Positions 13,607-27,206 of a stretch of 64,000 bases of DNA are shown in pieces. Position 1 is the stretch's first letter. Each line of letters starts with the position of its first letter. The translations under genes and the position numbers were made by a program. The notes under the pieces were generated by a model. The model was given only the letters and a program-made list of their open reading frames with translations. It searched no databases and was not told the origin of the DNA. Source of the DNA: the human T2T-CHM13v2.0 reference genome, Homo sapiens; the NCBI RefSeq assembly GCF_009914755.1, contig NC_060937.1. The stretch is one strand, 5' to 3'.

Positions 13607-14554
13607 GATCCTAAATAGTCAATCCATAGGTTTGTAGTCTTTCTAGGTATATAGACACTTTTGATATTTTTCAATTTTATCAATTACTTGCCATCCTGAA
13701 GATTTGAGTGAGTAATAAAAGATTTTTTTAGGGATTATAAAGTCTTTGGCAATTAATAAAGACAAGTATGCACAGGTGGTGTTTAGTCATTGTTCTCACT
13801 GGCAGTTGGAACCTTGGAAGAGAAAAGAATATATGGGAATAAAAATATTGGGCAAGAAAATGGAATTTTAAACATGTGCATTTCAAATTATGACTCAAGG
13901 TACCAGACTGATACATTTTATCCCGTGCCAATAAGCTATGTCATTTGTATGGGAAAAGTATTGTTCCAAAGATAGGCAGCTTGATAATGAGGGATTTAAA
14001 CAGAATTTGTAGACAGATGGAAAAAAATACTTCTGGCTAAACATATGAGTCTAGTCTCTATGCAAATAGTAAGTTTAACATGGCAAGAAAAAATGGAAGA
14101 GGTGGTCAGAGATTCACAGAAGGAAACAATATAAACAGATACTAACTGAGTACAGATAGGCAATTTAAATTTCAGATACATACTTAGAAGAAGACAATAG
14201 ACAATTAATAAGCTGGAGAGTTCATCACAGCCCTGCTCACATTGTCCTCTAGAAATCCGCACATCTAGATGAAGTTAGGCTGAGTATTAGAATGTGAAAA
14301 GGAGAAAGCATGCACAACTTCAAAGAGACAGACATATTAGGAAAGGAAGACAAGGGAGAGAACTGAGTTCCTGGTCAGAAAACATACAGGCATACAGGAA
14401 AATTCATGAACCTAACCCTGAAATCATCCTAGAGAGACCATAGATGAAACAAAAATGAAAGGGAAACTAAAAGTAGCTTATTGGAAGGTCCTACTTCGCC
14501 AGATGAAGGAAATGGTGTCAACAAAAGAACAGAAGAACTGTTAGAAAAATCTGC

Positions 14555-14790
14555 ATTAAATCTGTGGATTAGAAAATAGCATTGTATCCATGTTAATTTC
14601 TCCCTTTTGTACTACAGTTATATAAGAGAATGTACTTATTTTGGGGAAATGCACACTGAAATATGATTGGTAGAGGGGCATCAAGTCTGCAACTTACTCT
14701 GAAAAGGTTCAGGAAAACTATATTTTTGCAGATACAAACATACATATGGATATATGCATTTTTATATTACTGCCACATTCTTTGTTTCAA
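14555..14790 (+). mobile_element. L1MC-type 3'UTR fragment
   Basis: ggaaatgcacactgaaata...ggcatcaagtctgcaacttactctgaaaaggttcagg. Confidence 0.7.
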
Positions 14791-14809
14791 ATTATGTCAA
14801 CATTTAAGA

Positions 14810-15020
14810 AAATAGAGTACATAGTTAAGAGATTTTTAAAACCTGTTCATATTTTAGAGCATGGTGAGCATTATGATTGTGAACAAATTTTTTCACTTCT
14901 TTGAAACTCAACTACAAAACGAATGTGATACTTATTTGTAGATTTATTGTGATGATGAAATGAAATTGTACTGTGCTTTGTAAATCATAAAGAATAGTGT
15001 TAACACCATTGCCATTATTA
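14810..15020 (+). mobile_element. Degenerate MIR
   Basis: ttattgtgatgatgaaatgaaa...gtgctttgtaaatcataaag. Confidence 0.45.
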
Positions 15021-15455
15021 TGAGTATGATGGAAATTACAGTAGGCCTGGAGGCAAGATAGAGTAGCATTGGGGAATTTTTACTCCTAAGTTTCTGCTTG
15101 AAGTATTTTTCAGCTGAAAGCAATTTTGCCCTACGTGGTAACCACTTAATCTCTCTAAGAATAGAATAAATGACTAGGAGAACCTAATTCTGAAGATAAT
15201 GGGGGAAATTTATAAATAAAAAGTTAAAAGAAACAATAAAACTTCTACATTAGAAAGATGAACACCAAAGAATTTAATATGGGTAAAGGAAAAGGATAGG
15301 TATCCTCAAACTTATAAGCCCAAAATTTTAAAATTAAGCCCAAATTTACAAAATAATTTAGAATTTGCAATATAAAATAAGATTATCGGAAAAGACATAT
15401 TTTTAGCAATGTGTGCACCACAGCCCTATCTGTACAATCTCAAATTATCTAGGTG

Positions 15456-15487
15456 AGGAAGAGTGATATAAAGGAAGAGTGATATAA
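15456..15487. repeat. 16-bp perfect tandem duplication
   Basis: aggaagagtgatataa x2. Confidence 0.9.
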
Positions 15488-15739
15488 AAGTCTGACATCA
15501 AGAAACGCATGTAAGTAACAGATCTCTCAGCACTACCATAAGCCAGAAAATATATGAGGTGCAGAACTCCAAAGATAAAGAAGGTAGATCTTGGCCCTCA
15601 CAGAGCTTGCAATCCCATTATCATTTCATATATGCACAAAAGTTTGTATATGCTTTTATTTCCAGACTTAATTGACAGCTTCAAAAATATTTACTTTCCC
15701 ATGTTTCACACTCAAATAATTTTAAATCACAAAAAATGA

Positions 15740-16360
15740 GACAATATGTGCACATTTAAAAAATAATATGGGAGAAAAAAATGAAGATTTTGCTGAAACG
15801 ATCTAGCTGTATTACAAGTATGGGACAGCCTCACTGAAGTGGGTGAGAAGAAAGGAGGTACTGATCTAAGCAACTTCAGAACTGATGATATACAATAAGA
15901 TAAAAAGAAACTGACACAAACACTATAGTTGTTAAAGTTGTTTCTCACAGGGATAAGGGTTAACTCTTCTGAAACCACTGTACATACATACAAGATTGAC
16001 AAATAAATAAGTGGATAGTGGACAGGTTTTCATCCTGGAGCAGGAGGTTAGAGATAAGCAAGAGGGAGAGGTTAGAATAGACCATGCTGTGCTGGATTGG
16101 AGTTTGAGACATCAATATTAACTATTGTTTAATTTAAGATAAATACTGATAGTCAGATACAGAATATAGACATGTATACATAAGCAGGTTCTATGCATAT
16201 ACATTTTCCAGCTCTCTCTGTTGAAATAGTCTGGAAGTGATAACATCACAATAGCAATGAGCGTATCCATGCCCAGTACTTGGTTTCCAATACTGCCCTT
16301 CAATAAAAAGAACCAGCATTTCTTGGAGAAATGGAAGATTTTAGTAGGACTGGGACAGTT
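15740..16360 (+). mobile_element. L1MD/L1MC-type 3'UTR fragment
   Basis: gggataagggttaactcttctgaaaccact...cccagtacttggtttccaatact...aaaaagaaccagcatttcttggagaaatgg. Confidence 0.75.
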
Positions 16361-17464
16361 CAGAACTTAAAATTGAAACAAACATTCTATGTTTAATAAA
16401 TGGGAAAATGAGTGATGGATATAATACATAATTATACCAAACAGTGAGTGTTTTAGTCCTGGTTTTGCCACTTATGAACCACATACACACTGGTGAAAAG
16501 AAAAAAAAGCCTTTCTAAAACAAAAATAATCAATTCCATTGAGCTGTGGCATACCCTATGAACTCTTAAATCTCATTGATACATGACATTATCATTATGT
16601 TAGCAAGGATATTCTGTACCATCACGTTTTCAGAAATTGGAGTATTGATTCTGTAAGAGGAAATGAGACTTTAAATAAAGGAATATTTCATTTGGGATTA
16701 TCCAGAACAAAATGCTAATAGAATAAGGAGAGAAATTTCTCAAAACATTTTAAATTAATAAGGCTAATATTATATAGTAAGAGCACATATAATGCCAGAA
16801 ATAGAGAAGAAAGAAGGTTTATATGCAAATATTAATCTTACCACCTCCGATGGTGATGTTTTCTGACTCATGATAATTTATGCATTTTTTTCTTGTAAAA
16901 TTATTCTTTCTGAGAGTAATTACTTGACTAAGTTCTGTAAATGACATATAAAAGTCCTGTATTTCCAAAACAATCAAGACAATTTCATACAGTAAGATTT
17001 AAACTTCATAATTTAAAAAATGTAACTGCCCTTAATGTTTCTACCTAAGCTAATTACCTCCAACAGAGATTAGCGCTGGCTTTCTCCTCGCAGGGGAAGT
17101 AGGTGATGATTATGCATTAAGTCTGGACAACTACAATAGGTTCTTCATTACCCTTCCTACTTTTTGCTAATTATTTCCCAAAGCCATTTATTCGTTATTT
17201 TCCCATTAACATCTTCAGTTTCATGCTCCATGAGAAACTTTTCTATAACTAGTGCATAAATCAGACAGGATCACTCACCTGGTCCTTGTCCCTCTCTCTT
17301 TTCTAGTTATTACATTTAAAAAATGAAATGAAATTTCTTCTTTCTCAAAGCCAAGTTGAAAGCTCTATGAGCTTCACAAAATTGTAGCAGTTTGGAAAAA
17401 AGTATCCAACATAAATTCCCATTCTACAAATTTGGGAAAAATATAGAAATCTTCCCTTAGTGCT

Positions 17465-18384
17465 CTACCAAAGAGGAATTGCACTGAACAGAATTAATCA
17501 GGCAAGAAAAGACTCTATTCAGGACAATTGCCACAGGGGTTAAGACTATTGCAGTAAGGAAGAGAGATTAAACTCAGCTAAAGCAAAGCAGGGAAATTTT
17601 TATTTGCTGGGCTGAGCTAGTGGAAAGTACTGGAGGACATTAGGAGTGAAGTTGGTCAATGTATTTAGGCCATCTGTGTATGCTAATTGGATTTATCTAA
17701 GGTAACTTCTTACACTCCCACAGAGCTTGGGAGATAGGAGTGCTATTTTTTTCTTTTTTCTTCTTTTTAGCTTTATTGAGGTATGATTGACAAATTATAT
17801 ATATTTATTTATTTAAGATAGGCAATTTCATGTTTTGATAAATGTATACATTGTGAAATGATTCCCACAGTCAAGCTAATTAACATACCCATCATCTCGC
17901 ATAATTGCCTTTTTTGTAGTGAGAACACTTGCGATCCGTTCTGTCAGCAAATTTCAAGACATTACATTACATTAATGACAATACATTATCCTTAAGTGTA
18001 GCCACCATGCTGTATATTAAGTCTCCAGAACATACTCACTGTATAACTGAAAGGTTGTACGTTTTAACCAATATCTTCCTTTTTCACTATATCCAGCCCC
18101 TAGTAACCACCATTCTACTCTCTGTTACTAGGAGTTGGACTTTTTTAAAGATTCTACATATAAGTTTGATTATGCAGTATTTGTCTTTCTATGCCTGGCT
18201 TATTTCCCTTAACACAACGTTCTCCAGGCTCATCCTTGTTGTTACAAATGAAAAGATATCCTTTTTTAAAAAAGATGGAATAATATTCCATTGCGTATGT
18301 GTATATATATATATACACACACACACACACGCACATACATATCCAAATAGCCATATATCTATACATTGTTTTCACACATGGGAT

Positions 18385-18424
<40 letters not shown>

Positions 18425-18895
18425 CACACATATACATCTCACATTATTTAATCCATTCACCTGTTAGGCTGTTCTTTATCTTGGCTATGTGAATAATGGT
18501 GCAATGTACATGGGAGTGCAACTATTTTTTGGGAATATGATTTTATTTCCTCTGGATATGTACCCAGAAATGGGATTGCTGAGTCAGATGGTAGTTCTAT
18601 GTTTAAATTTTTGAGGAACTTCCATACTGTTTTCCATAATGGAGCACTGTATTCTTGATGTTACATTTCAAAGAGCTGGCTTCCAGGTACTTGAGAAAGA
18701 CATCTCTGGACTGTAAAACTGGCAAGAGATGAGAAGAAACTTAACATCTCAAAAAGGCAAAGAAATAATTGGATTTGCAATTGCAAGTTTCCCAAAGTAA
18801 AAGCTCTGAGAAAAGATAAATTAGGGGCCTATAGTCAGAAAAAATAACTATCTAAAGTTTAGTCAACCTGAAGGGAATATCAATTCCTCTTTGTT
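17465..18895 (-). mobile_element. MER31-like ERV1 LTR split by L1MA
   Basis: ggcctatagtcag...tctaaagtttagtcaacctgaagggaa at the right end; the other half lies at 17465-17745. Confidence 0.75.
17745..18640 (-). mobile_element. L1MA (about L1MA9) 3' end with internal (TA)n/(CA)n microsatellites
   Basis: Poly-T followed by agctttattgaggtatgattgac...; ends in ORF2 C-terminal sequence (ttccatactgttttccataat). Confidence 0.9.
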
Positions 18896-19039
18896 TCTAT
18901 ACTTTCCTATATTTTGGTATGGGGAAAGATGAAAACAAATCCCACAGAAAGTATATTTCTTACAAGTATAAAAAAAAATGGAGTGGGTTTTCATTTTCCG
19001 GAAGGTAGAGTACTTGATTATAGGAGTGGTTGGGAGACA

Positions 19040-19220
19040 GTGTTTGAGCCACAGCCAGAGAATCCCTTGAACTACTTATTTTTAAAAAGTGATTTGCAAA
19101 TTACAAATTACACTTTAGACCTACTGAATCTGTAATTCTGAGGGAAGTGACTGTTACGTTATATTTTTAAAAAGCTGCTCTTCTGTTCTGATGCATCATA
19201 ATGATGAGAGCAATTGCACT
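19040..19220. mobile_element. MER5-like hAT fragment
   Basis: agacctactgaatc...tttttaaaaagc...ttctgatgca. Confidence 0.55.
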
Positions 19221-19494
19221 ATCAATTTTGAACATCTATTAAAAAAGTAAACAATTGAGAAAGATGTTTGTTGTTATTTTTTCCAAAGTGAATGCAAAAT
19301 ATAGTAGGAAAATTTATGAAATAAGAGTAAGGAAGTTTAAGCTTCAGAGAGCTGGCATATCTTGCCTTTCTTTTCATAAATAGACATGCACTTATAGATA
19401 CATGGTGATATCTTTATTTTTCAACAATTATAGTTAAGGAATTACTGTCACAGATGACCACATTTGTGAGTTTTATCGATGTAAATGTAAATGA

Positions 19495-19760
19495 ATTAAA
19501 GTAGGCACAAAGAAGCATATACAGTACCATTTCATTAATAACATTTCACAAGCAAACAAAACTAATTTATGCTGGTTACCTTTGGGGATTAATAACTGAA
19601 ATTGGGCAGGGTAGAGGCTTTTGAGTTTCCTTGTAATTGTCTATATTTTTACCTTGGTGGTGATTACATAATGTGATTACATTGTAAAATTTCCCTGAGT
19701 TGCTATAAGTTTAATATATGTGTACTTTATATGAGTATGTTATCAATGAATTAGAAAATA
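19495..19760 (+). mobile_element. L1ME 3'UTR fragment
   Basis: caaacaaaactaatttatg...ggttacctttgggg...ggtggtgattacat. Confidence 0.65.
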
Positions 19761-19771
19761 TATATACACAT

Positions 19772-20602
<831 letters not shown>

Positions 20603-20654
20603 TCTATCCAGAGGAAGCTCACAGTGCAATAGTTCATTTTTCTAATTATTATCA

Positions 20655-21125
20655 ATTATGTATTCATTCATCCAATCAGTTAATAAATATGTATTGAGCT
20701 ATTACTACATTCTAGGCATTGCTATGTTTTCTAGAATATAGCAAGAAAGAAAAGGAAAAAAGGAAGGAAGAAAGGCAGGAGGGCAGGAAAGTAGGAAGGT
20801 AGGAAGGAAGCAAGGAAGAAAGGGAGGAAGGGGAAAAAAAGAATGAAAGATGAAATCAAAGATGAGTAGGGATTTTTGGCCTGAATCTCAGTGTGTTATT
20901 TACCAAAATGGAGAAGAATGAAATGGAAAAATTTGGGCACAAGAACAAAAAAGACCCAAAATTTGTTTCTAAATTAGACATGTTGATTTTTAGGTATCTG
21001 TTGACCACTAGATTAGAAGGCAGTTGAATATGCAGTATGAAGGCCAAGTGAGAGAAGAGAGATTGGTGCTGGAGCAGGAATTCTAAGTATCATCAGCAAG
21101 TATTATTTAAACATGTGACGTTGGC
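20655..21125 (-). mobile_element. L2 fragments flanking a (GGAA)n-rich tract
   Basis: ttcattcatccaa...taaatatgtattgagc; purine-rich tract at ~20745-20845; tagacatgttgatttt...ggcagttgaatat. Confidence 0.65.
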
Positions 21126-21412
21126 TTGTTAGATTTAAAAATAGTCAAAGTCTCTAATTGTGTGTGTTTTAACCGATACCATAATAGTTTCTCTAAGAAA
21201 ATGTTTGACATCATATTTATGGTTGGTCTTTTTGTGAAATCATATTACCGTGATTCTGTTGATACAAATGCAGGATTCTAACTTCCACATGTTAGTTCAC
21301 TACCTTCAGACCCCAACCACCATTGAAGGACCTCTAATTTCTTTAAAACAAATACAGCAAACTATTTCTTAGCGTTCCTATGGGTCATATATGCACTCAA
21401 AAAGTATGCTGG

Positions 21413-21540
21413 AGCCAGGCGTGGTGTCATGTGCCTGTAATTCGGCTACTTAGGAGGCTGAGGATGGAGAATGGCTGGAGCCCAGGAGTTCAAGACCAGC
21501 CTGAGTAATATTAAAATATTTCTGTCACTAAAGAAAAAAG
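21413..21540 (+). mobile_element. FLAM (Alu monomer)
   Basis: Single Alu arm ending gagcccaggagttcaagaccagcctg plus A tail. Confidence 0.85.
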
Positions 21541-22054
21541 AAGTACACTTGAATATTTTGTGATCTTTGCAATATTCTGTTTCTACTCTAGGTTCTCTTC
21601 CATTGCATGATTTTCTTTATTCCTGAAGAAAGCATATTATGTCCTGTGAAGTAATCTAGTTTTTACTGTGTCTGCTGTCCTCGTAATGACATCTGCCATT
21701 GCTATCTGATATCACTGTGCCATGTGATTGGCAAGGCACTTCAAGAAGGGGGAAAATAGAGCCATAATGTTTTTCTTTCTAAAGGCAAAGCCATGCAAAC
21801 TTCTATATTAATGCAAAAAGTCTGTTTTTCAAATACTGTATAATTGATATTTTTTTGCTCTGACCATTTGAATGGAATTCTGATAAAGTCTAATTTAAGA
21901 GGCAAGAATATTGTTTTTATAATTCTGAATGCAAAAACATAACATGCTGTCTGAAAAAATCATATTAGGAGATTAATAAATATTTATTCATTGAATTTTA
22001 ATCAGAAACAATACAATAGTGTAGATTAATTAAAATCAAATAATATTATATACT

Positions 22055-22240
22055 GATTGATGTTTTATGTGTCAATTACTATGCTTTATGTAGTTTGCCT
22101 CATTTAGTCTTCCCAGTGACTAAAAGATAAGTATTATTATCTTCATTCACACATGAGATAACTGGAAATCATAATGGATATTATTCAGGATTCAAATCCA
22201 TATTTTTTTACTCAAAGAGCCCCTCTTTCTATAATATGCA
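22055..22240 (-). mobile_element. MIR
   Basis: ctcatttagtcttccca...gtattattatcttcattcacacatgagataactg. Confidence 0.65.
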
Positions 22241-22434
22241 CCACTATACTAGAAAATTCAGATATTGGTATTTACATATAGAAAAATATAGTAGAGTGTA
22301 TATTATTCATAACATAATGAGCTAAAATATGCTATTCTAACTCAATGAGTTAGAAACAATAAGAAATAATATTAACTTGAACACTTACTGACATCACATA
22401 GTAAGAGAAATCCACACTTGACTGGAGAGTATCA

Positions 22435-23920
22435 GGAAATTAATAAAATAGTCAAACTAACCAACAACAAAAGAGAAGACACAAATTGCCAATATTATAT
22501 GTAGTAAGAGAAGTGTCACCGCTCCAGAAGCCACAGATAATTAAAGGAAAATAAGCAATATTATTAACAACTTAATGCCAATAAATTCTATAGCATTTAT
22601 AAAGTGGGAAAAATTCCTTGAAACACACAGTCTATTAAAGTTCACCTAAAAAGAAAAAGATAGCAAGAAAAGTTCTATATCTATTCAAGAAATTGAATTT
22701 TAGTTAAAAACCTCCCCACAAAGAAAACTCCAGGCCCATATGGCTTCACTGATTAATTCTATCACATATTTCAGTAAAAAGAAATAGCAATTGTCTAATA
22801 CTTCTCAAAACTCAATAAGAGACAATATCAGCAGTTCATTTTTTTAAATGGGCAAAGTATTTGAACAGAGCCCTCATTAACAGAATATAAGTGGATGACA
22901 ATCTGATAAAAAGATATTGAACCTCATAGTCATTAGGAAAATGCAAAATAAAATTAGATGTCAGTATACAACCAATATAATGGCAGATCATACCGAGTTT
23001 TGGAGAGAATGAGAAACAACTAGAACTTGTATAATTATTGGTGAGAATGAAAAATAGTATTAATACAATTATGTTTTTAAAAGTTTGGCAGGACTAGGTA
23101 CAGTGGTTCAAGCCTATAATCCCAGCACTTTGGGAGGCCAAGGTGGGGCGGATCGCTTGAGCTCAGATCCAGACCAGCCTTGGTAACATGGCAAAACCCT
23201 ATCTCTACCAAAAATACAGAAATTAACTGGGCATTGTGGTCACACCTCTAGTCCTGGCTACTTGGGAGGCTGAAGTGGGAGGATGGCTTGAGGCTGGGAG
23301 TTGGAGGTTGCAGTAAGCCAAGATCAAGCCACTGCACTCTAGTCTGGGCAACAGAGCCAGACCTTGTCTCCAAATGAAAAGAATAAAAGTTTTCTCCACC
23401 TAGTATATGATGATCATACCACCCATAGGTATTTACCCAAGAGAAATGAAAACATATACCCATATAAACATATTACCTGAATGTTTACAGCAGATTAATT
23501 TGTAATAGCCAAAAACTAGAGATAATCCAAATGTTCATCAACAAGTGAATTGAAAAAGTAATTATGATACATTCATAGAATGGAATCTTATTTAGCATTA
23601 AAAATAAATGAACTCTTGATACATGCAGCAAGGATAAATCCCAAAAAAATGTACTGAAGGAAAGAGCAAGATTAAAATGTGAACATATGGTACGACATTT
23701 ATATACAATTCTAGAAAATGTAAATTAATCTAAAGTGACAGAAACCAGTTCAATGGTTGTCTACAGATGAAGGTAGGGGGTACCTGAGGGGAATTACACA
23801 AGGGCAGGAGAAATTTTGAGGGGGCAGAAGGTTATGTTCATTTTCATGATGGTTGCTGACTTAGCAACATGTCAAAACTTGTCCAATTGTACATTTTAAC
23901 TATGTACAGTTTATGGTATA
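22435..23920 (+). mobile_element. Old L1 (L1ME1-like) with internally deleted ORF2 and 3'UTR
   Basis: aagaaaactccaggcccatatggcttcactg resembles the KSPGPDGFT motif, then jumps to the C-terminus and 3'UTR. Confidence 0.85.
23091..23385 (+). mobile_element. AluJ
   Basis: gatcgcttgagc and ggaggatggcttgag J-type diagnostics. Confidence 0.92.
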
Positions 23921-24424
23921 TACATATTTGGATAAGATCATTTATATAAAATGCATTTGAAGGAAAACCAGATAGTGTTTAAGAAAAATTAGAAAGACTA
24001 TAACTTGAAACAGTGGCTACCTATAGAAAGATGAACGAAAAGAAGTAAAAATTATATCTATCCTTCCATATATTAATGAAAAGGCTGACATAAGTTTTCT
24101 TTCTAGAAATTTAAATGAAGAAAATAATAAAACTCTTAGAGAAGTTTTATTTTTAGAATGGGAAGGACTAGAGTCTACCATTATGAAATAGTTTACCTTT
24201 ACACCATATATGTAAAAATGCACTACATATACATACTATATCCTACAATATTTATCATATAAGTTATACTCTATATATGCTGTATTACTCTAACTCCTTT
24301 TCATGTTTAACAAAATGGTTTAGTTTTCACTTAACATCTGTCTGGCTTTAATTGGTTCCTGGAGTGCTGAAAAAGCAGATAGAATAAAATTTATGTGTGA
24401 TGCACCTGCTGTGTTCCTTTGGAA

Positions 24425-24512
24425 CTTTGTGAAAAACAATTTTTGAATACTTACAATCTACAGTTGGTTGAATCCACTCATATGGAACTCATGGATACAG
24501 AAGGCCAACTAC
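24425..24512. mobile_element. Tigger-family (MER8/Tigger2-like) terminal fragment
   Basis: gttggttgaatccactcatatggaactcatggatacagaaggccaact resembles the Tigger TIR region. Confidence 0.7.
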
Positions 24513-24707
24513 AGTTGAGAAAGAAATGAAAGATTGCTTTAGAAGTCTATGAATGACATACACATCAGTAAGTAAGACTAAAAGACAAAGAGTAAACATA
24601 TATGCACCTAGTGGATAAAAAGTAGACTGTGTTTTGTTTGCACTGTGCCCTCATAATCTGGCAAGTCACATGTAAGGCGATTTGTGCTTGGCGAACTAAA
24701 AAGAAAT

Positions 24708-25454
24708 TGCATTAATTTCCCACTGCTGCTGTAACAAAATTACCACAAACTCAGTGGCTTAAAATAACACATTTATTTTCCTACATTTTCAGAGGTCAGA
24801 AGTACAAAGTGTCACAATCAAGCTGTGACAAAACTGTGTTCCTGCTGCAGGTGCTAGAGAAGAATCAATTTATTTCATGTGTTTTCCAGCTTCCAGAGTC
24901 GGCCCCCATTTCTAGGCTCATGGCTACATCACTCAACCTCTTCTTCTGTCATCACATCCCCTGCTCCCTCTTGTAAGAACTCTGCTGATTACACTGGGCC
25001 CATCTGGATGATCCAGGATAATCTCCCTATTGCAGGAGCCTTAATTTAATCACATCTGTACAGTTTCCTTTGCCACATAGGGTAACGTGTTCACAGGTTC
25101 TGGGGATTAGGGCTTGAATATCTTTTTTTTTTAGACAAAGTCTTCCTCTGTCACCCAGGCTGGAGTGCGGTGGCACGATCTCCGCTCACTGCAACCTCAC
25201 CTCCTGGGTTCAAGTGATTCTCCTGTCTCAGCGTTCCAGGTAGCTGGGATTATAGGCGTGCCTCACCGTGTCCAGCTTTTTTTTGTATTTTCAGTAGAGA
25301 CGGGGTTTCACCATGTTGGTCAGGCTGGTCTCGAACTCCTGACCTCAAAGGATCTGCCTGCCTCAGTCTCCAAAAATGCTGGGATTAGAGGCATGAGCCA
25401 CTAAGCCTGGCAGGGCTTAAATATCTTTGGGAGGTCATTAATTTGCCTACTACA
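24708..25454 (-). mobile_element. MLT1C-like MaLR LTR containing an Alu
   Basis: ctgctgtaacaaaattaccacaaactcagtggcttaaaa...atttgcctactaca. Confidence 0.88.
25126..25411 (-). mobile_element. AluS (Sx-like)
   Basis: Full dimer; TSD agggctt(g/a)aatatcttt at 25109-25125 and 25412-25428. Confidence 0.95.
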
Positions 25455-25457
25455 GGA

Positions 25458-25540
25458 GCCATCTGTTTCTCAATTATAACATTGTATTTCTGCCACCTGT
25501 TTCTCAATTATAACATTGTATTTCTGCCACCTGTTTCTCA
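25458..25540. repeat. 34-bp tandem repeat, about 2.4 copies
   Basis: ctgtttctcaattataacattgtatttctgccac at 25463 and 25497, partial copy at 25531. Confidence 0.95.
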
Positions 25541-26363
25541 TTAAGGAGAATACATGACTTCATGTAAAGAAGATAAGTATATTCTGTATTAAATCATAGA
25601 ATAAAGGACTACTTTTTATTTCACCTTCAGAATGATGAAATGTCTTGAGCAACTAATCACAAGTCCTTTAGAATGGAGGTGGTGAATGGTGGTTGATTAA
25701 GCACTGGCCTTGAGGTCAGATGACATGGGGTCAACTCAATGAGAGTTCCTTAACATTGTGCCTGGGAAACGCTAAGTAATCAGTGTGTATCTGTTGCATG
25801 AGATTGAAAAGTAGTATAAAAACCAGCCAGTTTGAGTTCTTAAAAAGGGTGAGCACAGTGGGTAGAAAAAGAGATAATGCAAAGTCACAATTTATCTTGT
25901 GGCTTTATTAAGACATAGTGTATTTCCTAAATTGAACTCTTCCCCAGTTTATACATTTTCCCAAATATTATTAACTATAATGAGACATTAAGACATAAAA
26001 TATGAAAATTAGTCTTGTTTTATTATTCAGCATCTGAGGAACCATGCAAGTTACAGAAATTATTTTTAGAAGTAGTTTTCTATGTATATCAGATAATAGA
26101 ATAAGATGTGGATCTTAAAGCACAGCGAGCTGATTTGGAAGGACAATAAAGACAGATTAACCAATTTACATTATAGACATTTTTCAAACAGAAACATACA
26201 AATAGGTTGTCCATATGCTCTTAGATTGGTGTTTGGAGAAAAAGATGAAGAAGCAGGTTGAGGATCACTACTCAGGGTAGACTAAATGTGTGCAATACAA
26301 TGTATGGAATGAAGACAGTGTCAGTATTTATCAACTATGATCATCATTGCCGCCCTCCTTCCC

Positions 26364-26380
26364 TGACCTCATCCTGACCT
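26364..26380 (-). promoter_or_regulatory. Candidate DR5 retinoic acid response element
   Basis: AGGTCA-ggatg-AGGTCA on the minus strand, in apparently unique sequence. Confidence 0.4.
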
Positions 26381-27206
26381 GTTCTTGTAAACTACTGCTT
26401 TCAGAGATTATTATGGCAGCCTCTTGTAGCTGTTTTTGCCAGTGGCCCAGTAGTAGACATTTGAATTTGCATTTTCTCAAATTACCAATAAGTGCTTGTA
26501 TAGGTAGACAGGTCAGCACTGTACTTTCATCATCATTAAGTTCAGCTAAAGGTAGGTTTACTGATAAGGCTACTGTAGTTGCTCACATATATTATATATT
26601 CACAATAATTCCTTAAGAATATTATACAAAGCCTCGAGTTTTCTTCTTTAATATTGAAAAATGTAAATTGTCACATTATCAGTGTCTGTTCCCTCTACGT
26701 TTTGCAGTACCTGAGGCATAGTCCATGTCCTTGGCTGTATTTTTTTTTTTTTTTTTTTTTTGGTGTAGGTAGGTTCTCTCATTTTTTCCCAGGTCTGTGT
26801 ATGTGTGTGTGTGCACATATTAGGGTGCATGGGTGCACTCCAGTCAGTTGAGGGTGGACTGGGAAGGATTCCAGGGTTTTACAATATAAAGTCCCTTAAT
26901 ATCTTCAAGTAGTGTCTGATTTCAGCAATCTTGACAGAATCCTCAGCCATGCTCATGTCTCCCTGCACCACCAAAGCACAGAGGCAAGTCTAAAAATGAG
27001 CTCCCAGGAATAGACCAAGTCTCAATTCTCTGGAACAAATATTCAAGCTTGTATCTATTGCATTAGGCAAGTATACATGCATTTATTCAAAATATATTTT
27101 AACTGTAAACTGCCTAATATGTCAATGGTTAAGATTTTACGGTGCTTAAAATGAAAAATTAAACATAGGTTATACAACTGACTATTTCTATTTAAATTTT
27201 GAAATT

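Noticed and set aside
17929-18492. Longest ORF in the window (187 aa)
   Set aside because: Antisense to an L1MA 3'UTR and runs through (TA)n/(CA)n repeats; no real protein signal
26331-26616. Overlapping ORFs on both strands in the unique block
   Set aside because: No recognisable domain and non-ATG starts; better explained as non-coding
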